Below, piece after piece: positions 50,590 to 61,230 of a stretch of 64,000 nucleotides of DNA. Source of the stretch: Phoronis australis (taxonomy: Eukaryota > Animalia > Phoronida); assembly GCA_002633005.1 (NCBI GenBank), contig NMRA01000382.1, forward strand, positions 190,307 to 254,306, written 5' to 3'. Each line of letters opens with the position of its first letter. Position 1 is the stretch's first letter. The position numbers and the translations under genes are program-made. Below the pieces are notes generated by a model. It made no database searches and was not told the DNA's origin. It saw only the letters and a program-made list of their open reading frames with translations.

Positions 50590-51036
50590 ATGAGACGATC
50601 TAAAAATTTATATAGCTCCGAAAGCAACCGCCACCTCTACGACGACTACTACGCCGTGCAAGCGGGGAGCGGTCTTCCCATTTTTGTCGGCGCTCGCACG
50701 CAAAGGGGGCACGGCATTGGTTCCGTTATCGGGGGACTCTTTCGTTCGGCTCTACCCCTGATCAAAAAAGGAGCCGCTGCAATTGGGAAGCAAGCTTTAC
50801 GGACTGGAATTGACTTTGCGGGTGACTTGTTGGAAGGGAAAAATGCAAAAGCAGCCGCCGTAGAACGGTCCAGGAAGGCTGCGGGCGAGTTGTTGAACAG
50901 AGCTTCCTCGTTTGTTGGTGCACGCCCCCCGGGTACGCCGCACAAGGCTATAAAACGTAGAGTATCGACCAAAAGAGTTAGTTCAAAACGAGGAAAGAAA
51001 AGAGCAACATCGCAACGCAGAGACATCTTTTCTTAA
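50590..51036 (+). CDS. Basic virion protein with amphipathic helix (pX/pVI-like)
   Basis: YY..QAGSGLP.FVG..QRGHGIGSVIGGLFRSALPLIKKGA, basic tail ending RDIFS; lies directly upstream of the major capsid gene. Confidence 0.75.
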   Translation: MRRSKNLYSSESNRHLYDDYYAVQAGSGLPIFVGARTQRGHGIGSVIGGLFRSALPLIKKGAAAIGKQALRTGIDFAGDLLEGKNAKAAAVERSRKAAGELLNRASSFVGARPPGTPHKAIKRRVSTKRVSSKRGKKRATSQRRDIFS

Positions 51037-51037
51037 A

Positions 51038-52010
51038 ATGGCTTTCGTACACGACAAGTCCTGTGAGTGTGTCAAAAGTGAGCTCGATTTGTTTGCCGTA
51101 CCTCCTACTCAGACAAGCATAGAACACGGTCAGTGGGTGGAACACAACCCCATCTCCAGCGTCAAGGACGACGGGCCGCTGCAATTTTTTGTGTCTGGTT
51201 CGGGTGACGAATACGTGGATTTGGCAAATACAGAATTTTACGTCAGGGCAAAAATAACCAACGCGGATGGATCGGATGTCGCCGCGGATGCTGACTGCGC
51301 CCCTACCAACTTATGGCTACATTCGATGTTCAGTCAAGTGGACATCTCTTTGAACGAAAAATTGATTTCTCCTTCAACCAACACTTACGGTTACAGAGCC
51401 TACTTGGAAACATTGTTGTCTTACGGCAGCGAGGCCAAGAACGGACACTTGACTGCAGCGCTATGGTACAAGGATACGAGCGAGAAATTTGACACCCTAA
51501 GCGACGTTAATTTAGGATATAAGACGCGTAAAACTCTTGCGGCAGGAAGCGCTACCATCGACATGAAAGGGAAACTGCACAGTGACATATTTATGCAAGA
51601 CAGATACCTACTCAACAACGTTGACATAAAGATAAGACTGGTGCGAAGCAAGAACTCGTTCGCCGTCATGTCCCCGACACCGGGTGTGAATTTCAAAATC
51701 AAGATCCAAGACGCCGCCTTATTCGTTAGAAAAGTGAAACTCAGTCCCACTGTACAGCTAGCACACATAAAGGCACTCGTGAAAAGCACCGCAAAATACA
51801 CTCTGCGATGCGTCGAATGCAAAGTGTGTTCAATCCCAACAGGACACCTGTCTATGACACAAGAGAATTTGTTTTTAGGTCAAATTCCTAAGTAAGTTAT
51901 TGTGGGCTTTTGCGATACAGGCGCCTATAACGGATCATATGCCAAGAACCCTTTCAATTTTAAACATTACAACATTAATTATTTCTCTCTTTACGTCGAC
52001 GGGGTGCAGG
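51038..52010 (+). pseudogene. Major capsid protein (double jelly-roll, hexon-like) with premature stop and 3' truncation
   Basis: KSELDLF.VPPTQTSI, LHSMFSQVD and YRAYLETLL motifs; TAA at 51893-51895, then in-frame VIVGF..AYNG..NPFNFKH..SLYVDG until homology ends at ~52010. Confidence 0.9.
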
Positions 52011-52597
52011 CTCTTGATAAGGGGGATAGCGACTGAGAACATGTAATAATCTATTTATACCGCATACTGAACGAGAAACATTGCAATGAATCGATCTACC
52101 TTCCTCGACTCGCCTTGGCTTTGTAACGACATTCTACGTCAGAGGCCCGGGGTCGGAGGTCGTGACCTTTTAAGAAAAGCCGAGCTATTTTTTCAAATAA
52201 GGCTTTTCCTCAAAACCAATTGAAAAATAAAACAAAATAGAAATAAAGTGAATCTATAAATTGAGGTTTAGCAGCTATTATAGGTTACTACACATCATAT
52301 CACGCTAAGCTTCGACCTGGAAAATTTCGTCTGCTAAAGTAGGTTACCACTAGTAACTGGCTATAATGCTCAAGTCAAAGGATCCCGACGACACGATACT
52401 CGCATTCAAATTGGAGATCGGTGATTTACGAGTGAGAGATTATGAGAGAAAAATTTCACTGAATTAAAATATCGTTTTTTTGAAATTATGCGTCTTATTT
52501 TTCATAGCGTATAAATGTCGGTGCAATGCCCTTTGCTAAACATGCGATTGTTGCGCGTGCTCATTAAAGTATTCTATTTTTACGTTCAATGACGTCA

Positions 52598-52672
52598 GCC
52601 GCTGAGTGGTGAAGTGGTAAAGTGGGCGACTCGAAACCCCTTGAGGCCCGGGTTCGATTCCGGCCTCGGTTT
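52598..52672 (+). ncRNA. tRNA-derived sequence (pseudo-tRNA or SINE head)
   Basis: A-box TGGTGAAGTGG, B-box GGTTCGATTCC, loop CTCGAAA; stems imperfect and no T-run terminator. Confidence 0.55.
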
Positions 52673-54510
52673 CCCGCCAAAATGTTATCTCACTAGTGAG
52701 ATAACTTTATGGGTTATTACACGGTTGTATCTGCCATTCGAGGGTAATATTGTGGTATAATAAAAAATATCAGTAAAATAATACAAAAACGAAAGACTGG
52801 ACACTGAGTACGTGAAATGAAATAAAAAAACAAAAAAATTTAAAAAATCCCTAAGAGAAGAGTTTAGAAAATTTCGAACAGTTGTCGTAAATATAGAATG
52901 AGATCACTTTCCGAAATTATACTGGTCCTCACTTTGAAATCGTTTTCTTTCCTTGTGAAGACAGAGAATATACATCGTTTACATATGCACCCCGTGTTTA
53001 TACATTCGGTGACGGGTCACATGTCCAATATCGTATTACCAAATATAGTCGCGTGGAGAACTCGGAGGAATGAAATTAATATTATGACATAATGCATTCT
53101 GTGCACCCGTCGGCCTTTTGCAGCTAATGTTGGATATACCATCTAACATGTCATTAACTTTGAGAAACTCCAAGGGCTAGTCTGAGAAAAGGGGGAATAT
53201 TCGAACAGAAGAAAGCTTATGTAATCAAACGGGTTAATTGATGGGACACGTGTCCAGTACGAGACAGAGGGAAAAATAGAACGGAAGAAAAATTAATAAG
53301 AAAAATTTTGTAATCGAATACGTTAATTTATGTGACCTTTGTCTAGTCCGACAGCTGTGAAGTACATAGGAAAATATTACGATGACGCCGGTTCATTGAA
53401 GTTAGAATTCGAAAGGCAATGGCTACATCACGCTTTGCTAAAAATGTATTACGTGGTTAGGACGAGGGTAAATCTCGTTTTAGCCGTAAAGGAGTACGAC
53501 GGTACCAGGAGTACTACTACAGAGAAATGAAATCGGCAATCAAAGTGTCTTGTTATTAGTATATGAGGTATGACGTCATTGAGACTTCCTTCCGGTATGC
53601 GGATGGCGTCAATTCCGGTTGCACTCGTTACACTTGACCTTTGACCTTTCGCCTTTGACTTGTGACCTTTGAATCGAGAACCGCTGAAACAGGGTGCCAG
53701 AACCTCATACTATACTGGTCTCACTTTTTAGAAAGTATGAAGAAAACATAAAGTCTTGCCTCAGTCTTCAGATAAATCATGACACACGTCTGCTTACTAT
53801 CGGCGACCAATAAAACTCCTCGATAAAACTCAAAACTGCCCCATAGCAAGAATATCTAACATACCTAACAACTACTGTTTATCAGAAAGTCACAAGAAGG
53901 TGCTGGATGCAAACTTGTTTAATAGCGGTTTTAAGCAGCATAGCAAATCCCAAGCCCAAAACGCACAGGTCACGCGAAAAAAACATGATATGTTTCCATG
54001 CCCGGAGGAAATAGATTACGTGACGACACAGGGTGTACAGGGATGGCCTAAACTTGAGATCGATATTTGAAGCGTACCTCACTAACAACCATCATCAACT
54101 TAACGCCCCAAAGATTCAGTATTGATTTAGTCCCATGTCATTGATAAACGTCTTAGAAAACATCTTGGACACTAATAATATCGTCTTAATCCATGAAATA
54201 TTCCCGAGACTTACGTCAAATAAACTTACAGCTATGACAACAAAAATTTTCTCTACTGCTGAGATGCCGACATCGGCTAGCATCCCAGTTAACGTGTGTC
54301 TTAGTACTGCACCATTTTCAATCAAACTCAGTTCAGTTGGCAATGTAAGTCTCCGGTGGGAAGCCGTTTCACCTTGTCTTAAACGGCTTGAGAAATCGAG
54401 GGTGCATAGTCAACCACAACTAGTAAGTCCATAATACATCGTAGTTGATGCTTTCTACATTTCTGAAACCTCATTCAAACATAGTGTCGTAGATTGATTT
54501 TTTCTTGCAG

Positions 54511-54792
54511 AGGCAAGCCTCGGATGCAAAGTTGACGTTAAAGGAACTGACTATAACGGTAAGATTAACTACGCCAGGACTGGAGATGTGTGCAGAGTGT
54601 GGAGTAGTCTTGAAGTTCAAAGGCACATGTCCAAAAGTGAACGTTTAATGTCATCTTATAACAGATGGTCAGGAGCTGTGAAACTTTCGAACTTTTGTCG
54701 AAATCCGGATAATGAGGAGGGCGGTCCTTGGTGTTACATACAAGCAGAGGATGTACCTTCGTGGCGTACTTGTGATATCGAGATTTGTGACA
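54511..54792 (+). CDS. Kringle-domain exon 4 (duplicate of exon 3)
   Basis: Acceptor TTTCTTGCAG, donor A|GTAAGT; 282 nt, phase 1-1, six Cys; 61 of 94 residues identical to kringle 3 by hand count. Confidence 0.92.
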
Positions 54793-57700
54793 GTAAGTTC
54801 TAGCGCGCCACAAAATATCAGATTTAGAAGCTAAGGGCTGTGCTGTTGTGAATTCATACTCATATTTTTCTTTTATGCACTACTGAAAGATACGTAAAGA
54901 TACTCCTAACGTCGAAAGTACACCATACATCTTTAGTACACATCAACTTGGTGTCTACGGTACGAATACACGTACGTCGCCTATGCACGAAACAAGCTCG
55001 TGCGATACGATTTCTGTCGATATCCGTGTGACGTTATCTTGTATAAGGTTCCTTCGACCAATATCACGATGTGCAGCAAAATTGGCGGAAAATCATATTT
55101 TGACAAAATATATATACACTAACTAGGAACAACATTCACTTCCCATAATTACTCGCTCGATGGAAAAAGGACTTTCAGGGTTAAGGTGACACTGCTTTTA
55201 GTTTTAAATTTCAATGCTTGTAAGTGTACATGTATATAGCAATTGACTGAAATAACTCAAAAAGAAGAGCCAGAGGTGAGGTGGTTTTCTTTCGTGTAAT
55301 TGGCTGAATGGGAAATAATACTCGATTTAACAAAACCGCAGTCTGTAATATTTTAGGGCTTATTGTACGTTTTTGGAATGGTAAGTCAGATTCTGGAAAA
55401 ATCAAGCATGCCATTGAATTGGTTAAAATACCTAGAAAATGGTGAGATATCATAAATACCGAGACACGGGTTAGTGGCAATGAGTTGAAAAGTTGAAATG
55501 GGGTTGTCTGTCTGTCTGTTTATTGCTAAAAGTTGTCAGTACCTTTCCCTATGCGTCAATGAACACTGCTGAATGAGGTGATTGCAAGGCTTAGGGAAAA
55601 ACTCGTTTGGACTAAGAAACCAATTATTTAAATACATGTACATCACGGTAAACATTAACGGTAGGATTTTACCCACCTTTTTTCAACCAACACTTAACAC
55701 TCGCCAGAAGCTTCTATCTGAATATAACACTTTTTACGTGTCAGTAAGAGTAGCATGTCAACAACAAGTCATGAACACCATTACTCCTTCGTCCGGGTTT
55801 GGAACTGGAAAGGATTTGCAACTGATACCTTGCTACCCAGTTAAAGTAATGTGATTTCACCTTCGGATAACCTTTAATTTCAAACTGATGCCACATCTTC
55901 AGGATGATCACAGGCAGTTGGTTGTCGTTGGTACTCATCGACGAGGCCGTACTTAGTGGAAATCTCAGTGCTAGTAATGTATCTAGACCCCAGGCATTTG
56001 CTGGCCAGCAGGACGTTGGCGACTTCAGATATTACAAAGCATTAGGTAAACGATGTCATACTATACTCCGTCACCTGGGAAGGACATCTCTGTGCACTTA
56101 AGGACACACAATCTTTAACTGAGTAAAATATGCGTGTTTGAGAATAAATCAGTCAAATTTATGAATTGGTTATCAAATGAAGGTCTTTGGACAATAGGTT
56201 GCAACGCATTTTTCGGATGTGGACGAGAAAAATTAAATTTCTTCCAGGAAGAAACGATGCCACCTACTAAGATTGTACCGCAGTAGGTCCTGGGACTCAT
56301 GTGACACTACATTAGAAATGTTTGGATAAAAAAGCAAAGACAGACACACCATCGACAGACTTACATGTATTGACAAACAGCCAGCTGAAGAAATCATCAA
56401 GCCCAACTTTCATGACTACGCGTTTTGTAAGCTAAACCAAGCATTCGGGAGTAGTCCGATCCCGTGAGTGCCATACTTCACGCAGAAATTCAAGTTAGGA
56501 CTGAAGCAAAATATGATACCTTAGAGGGAGTCTAATCGCATGATTTGTGCAATGTAACTTTGCTTATTAAGTGTGGAAGAAATGGGTGACATTACTAGAG
56601 AGACGGGAACGATTTTTGTCAGTAATGTATACCGTTAAACGCTTCCAGTTTTATATCTACATGTGTATAAGGCCAAGCTAGTACGTGATGCGTACATCAC
56701 CCAGTGTAATACAGAACTGAACTGCTTTGATTTTACGGTTTACCAGCTCCCGGTATGTGTATATAAAGTTATCTAAACTGTTTTTCTGTCGGCACATTTG
56801 TCAGCCATCTCTTCTTAACTCAACAGATTCTGAAGGAACTGCTGCCTTTGGAGGTGTTGATCACGGAAATCAACTTAGGCCCATAACCCATATTCCTCTC
56901 TACAGCCTTGCTGGCATAATTGTCTATTGGAAACTTCAGTATGCGTAAGTAAATTTCCGTCTTGGAAGTGCATTTTTGTGTTTTCCAATATCAATTGTCT
57001 TTCCAAGATTGGTTCTTTGGCGAAAACATCTTTTATCCTGGTCTACAACTACTTTTCCTAAGAATTCAGTGACCGTTATTGACTGTTGCGTTCAAACCTG
57101 TTCAGTGGGAACACACACTTGTTCCACGTGGCAGATTGTCATGCATATGGTTGTCGGTCGTGTTGTAAAAATCAATTTGTCCTTCATCAATGATGCAGAT
57201 AAGCAGCGACCCCCTGACACCCGACAGTTTAAACTGCAAATGTGGTATGCTTATTCACACTTTCGGTTGAGAAATCATGTCTATGGTGACATGGGAATGG
57301 AAGCTACGTCTTTATGAGTACTCAATCACTTCCCAATCTACTTTTAAACAACGCCCTGCGGATTGCGCATATACTCCTTACGCATTACGGCCAGGTGGGG
57401 CCATTTATTTAGAGTGATGGTTATTAAGGAAGCCTGGAATGCAACCAACAAAAAAACGAAAGTGGTTCTATGCCAATGAAGTAGTATTCAGCCTGCTTAC
57501 CAGGATTTTTTCGGTATGTTCGTAAATATTTTGAACTTCTCTCGATATCAAACCATGCCTGTTTACTTTCCGGATGTCGATCTCATATCTGCTCGCCTTT
57601 TCGTTGATTTTTCTCTCACAAGCGAAATCCTATCTTCTTATATCATATGGCAAGAAGTACACGTATTACACTTCCCTTTCACTTGTGTGGAAAGTGAGAG

Positions 57701-58437
57701 CTTTAACCGCAACTGACTCCAAGCATCTGAGTAGATGCATAAGTGCATGCGTGTACATGTATATATCGTGAGTGGCATACTCTAGCTGTGGTAACCACAG
57801 AGATTTTCCTTCGCGCGTACAGGAGTATCACAAGCATCATGGATTTGAGATATTTTTCTGAAAATATCTCACGGGAAAGTGAATTACTCTGTACTAAGAC
57901 TTGTGAAATAGTACTTCCGTATAGAAATGTTTAAATATCTTGTAATGAGCTTTCGCATTCCACGTCTCTTTTGCCACGTATCGCGTGCAGTAAGTTACCC
58001 ATAATGCACACACGTAAGAAAGAAGAAAAGGCCCATATCACCCGTTCTTTAATCCCCTCAAACTTAAGGGACCTGTTCCTAGAAATGGCTGCTGAATGTT
58101 GCCTTCAGCTATAATTCAATTCTTTGTGAACACATGGTAATTGATTGTTCTCTTTTGAGAATCTCGAAAAGTTTTTTGTTTTGCTTAGTCAAGCAGACCA
58201 CGGATATCTGTCGTTTAACTTGGAGGTCTTGGCAGATTTAATGGCTCTAAGTCTTAGCCTGTGCCGCTGAAGCAGGCTAAGTCACTCGTTAATTTATTTT
58301 AGCTGGAAGTTACGCAAAAGCCAAAATAGTCTTCGATTTACGAAACACACTGGCAACGCAAGGCCGATTCCAACGGTGACAGTTTGAAAAATAATTACCG
58401 AATCACTAACCCCGTTCTTATTTTTAATGTGTTTCAG

Positions 58438-58514
58438 GTAAATCCCTGGGATGGATCCTCGAAGCGAAAACAAACAACGGAATGGAATCTATTTTTCTTA
58501 CCAAATGTAACAAA
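58438..58514 (+). CDS. Candidate small exon
   Basis: Branch point CACTAAC (58404), pyrimidine tract and TTTCAG acceptor; open phase-1 reading KSLGWILEAKTNNGMESIFLTKCNK; donor ambiguous (58515 or 58520). Confidence 0.3.
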
Positions 58515-60599
58515 GTAAAGTAAATAACATGCAAGTGGATACAGAGTTGTTGTTTCGATCACAACATAGTTGGTTGCACCGCAGTGCTAGAAACTGAAGA
58601 GCAATTGTTAGTCCATTATACTGTTGGCCTGAAAATACTCCTTATTGTAATAGATTTCAATTTCCACAACACCCTCCGAGTGGAAGGCAACGCGTCCATT
58701 TGCTACTTTGGAATTTTCAAATTTAGATTTGGCCAAATTCAGCTCCCCGTCACGTTTCTTAGGGTCGTTGATGGTATCGATTATTCTATTGGCACTGGTA
58801 AGGAATATTTTATATGTATTTCATGAGAGTGAAATACCCATTGCAATTGTAATAATTCAGGTAAACAAAGTCCAAATGCATCTTTATTTACAAGCAATCT
58901 ATTCAAAATTCCTACACGTTTAGGGTTCATATTTTTTGCTAAATGCTTAAGGCCCGTAACTTCAAGGTTTTTTCTAACAAGCTAAATTCTAATGCAAATA
59001 CAGTCCACTAATTTATAAATAATTATATGTTATGATGAACTAAAGTAGGAACGTTGCATGGGAAGATCAGTTAATTTTCATTGATAGGGAAAATCAACGT
59101 AGAGATCACTCTCACTTTGTATCAAGGCCAATGAGTGACTTTGTAATGAACGTAAAACACCTTCGACAAGCAGATAACTCAAAATTCCTGCACCTGAAGG
59201 TTTCACGTTTTTTGCTAAAAGCGATGACCCAATACATCAAGGTTATTTCTAAGGAGGGAAATGCTAATGCATTTACTAATTTATAAACAAATACTTTTCT
59301 GTTATAATAAACTAGGAATTTGGTAATGCTTCGGCAATATTTGATGAATGGAAAATCTCCATCCACTCTGATCCAAAGAGAACAATGAGTGAATGTTCTT
59401 CACTAGTCCGCACATTCCTAACATAGAGTTTGGGTGAATTTGACTTAGGATGGCTAAATACTGCAATTGATTTACTATTCGCTTGCACGCGGGATAAGCT
59501 ACTGAAAGCTAGGGTGCCAAATTCCGACCAAGGATATTGAAGCTGACGCTAAATAAGTTTCCAAAAACATGTGAACAGTCAATTACAAAGTGTACATCTT
59601 CCATGCCCGACCATAATAAAGTGACCATTCCCAAAACCAAATATTAAAGGTGAATCATCACCACCTTTACACAAGGCAGTGAGAGTACATGCATTTCCTT
59701 TAATAGTGTACGTGGGACTGTACCCTGTGAAAAAGTACACGTACCTTTCTGCACACATGCCTTATAGCCAAAGTGTATCCTAAGCAAGTGAAGCTTGCAT
59801 TTGTACCTCATTTATACCTTCGGGTGATATTTCAAATAATGTATAACCGAAGTTTGCAAGACGTTGTTACGTCTGCTCAGTAACCCAGGGTTATGATACT
59901 TCTCTCTCTGATTATTCAATTTCCGCGGTACGGTGTAGGCTTTTGATACGTTAGTTTTATACCACCAATAGCGCGCTTTTGACGTCATTTAAAATCCAGA
60001 AAAGACACCCCGCAAGGTCAATACCATCCCCTGTTCACGTAACATCCAACGGTCTTAAAGCAGACTCGGCGTCCAAGTCTAGTGATTAGCGATACCCAAT
60101 TTTTGTGACTACGTACACAGGGGTTGCACCCTGATATAAGCAATGCCCTGCGCCTACTTTACGACAGAGTGTGACACAATGGCGAAGACATTTAGGATGT
60201 GACACTAAGGTGGTAGCGATCAGGAACAACAACGAGAACACGATGAATTAGTGAAGTTGAACTATTCTAAGCCACCCTTTTCTATTTCAAATTTATCAAG
60301 CTATGGTCGAGGTTCACTGAAGAATTACTCTTAAAAGTTGCAGCTTGATGTAAATCGGGACTCGTCTCTAGGAGTGACTTGGTTGTGGAGGCAAACTGGA
60401 TGGAGTCCATGGAAAAAGGAGAGTTTGATTGGTCGCGCTGTCGTTTTTAACCTGCATTACAAATAATCCTGCGCCTGTGTATAAGCGTCACGAATTTATT
60501 AAAAACAGTCTTGTAGATTCACCAAGGGGAGCGATAGACATGGATAAGTGAAATACATGAACACGGACAAGCACAAAACCGTTAGAGAATTTGACGAAG

Positions 60600-61230
60600 G
60601 ATGCACTACTCAACATCGCTGCAGGGCTGCTTACAGGCTCTGGGCTAGAGACAACAGCATAGGGCGAATCACTGCTAGTTCCCGGAATTGCAGGCAATGG
60701 GGTACGTTCGGAGGCACGGGTGACAGTAGATGAAGTGCCTCCAGTCACTGTATATAGTGGCCACAGCTCGCGAGAGTTCTATTCAAAAACGCACTTCTCG
60801 GGGTTGGCGACGGGGCAATGCCGGGAATCAACAGCGACGGTATGGTACCCTTCTTCAGGCGTTGTTTCGCAGGGACCTTCATGAATTCAGCGTTCATATC
60901 TGTCATAATCTGACGGTAGAAAATGCTTGCCACACACTCGGTAACCCTCCACTGCTTTGTACGTTGCGTGGACGGGTAGCGCTGCGTTCTTCACATGAAC
61001 GAGCTAGCCAAGCACGGCGAAGTGTGTCATCCTTCGGAAAGCGACGCAAGGTACCCAAAGCGCGTGTGAGACGATAATGAGTACATCCCGGCTCGCAACA
61101 ACAGCGTGGCATGTTGACTGACTTGTAAACAAAACCAAACGACGACCGAACTTACCACAACCGAGGTAGTACAATGACTGACTCGACAGCTCTCACAGTA
61201 TGACTATAATGAAAAGAATTTTGCGCGAAA
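60600..61230 (-). pseudogene. Frameshifted THAP-domain gene (DNA-transposon-derived)
   Basis: MPRCCCEPGC..RRFPKD..RRAWL / RVCGKHFLPSDY / RLKKGTIPSL: a complete THAP signature split over three frames. Confidence 0.8.

Larger units (their letters stand above)
45711..52010 (+). mobile_element. Endogenous Maverick/Polinton (adintovirus-type) internal fragment; pPolB, protease and TIRs not found
   Basis: Nine tightly packed, intronless, co-oriented ORFs including ATPase, integrase and two capsid genes; visibly more GC/CpG-rich than the flanks. Confidence 0.93.

Noticed and set aside
50649-51822. Antisense ORFs within the viral genes
   Set aside because: Shadow frames of GC-richer coding sequence, with no motifs.
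52598-52672. Functional tRNA-Ser(CGA)
   Set aside because: Anticodon and acceptor stems pair poorly, there is no long variable arm, and no terminator follows.
54116-54434. Open frames on both strands in the duplicated intron upstream of kringle 4 (and 43984-44235)
   Set aside because: Similarity is explained by the segmental duplication; the copies differ by indels and stops, and no family was recognised.
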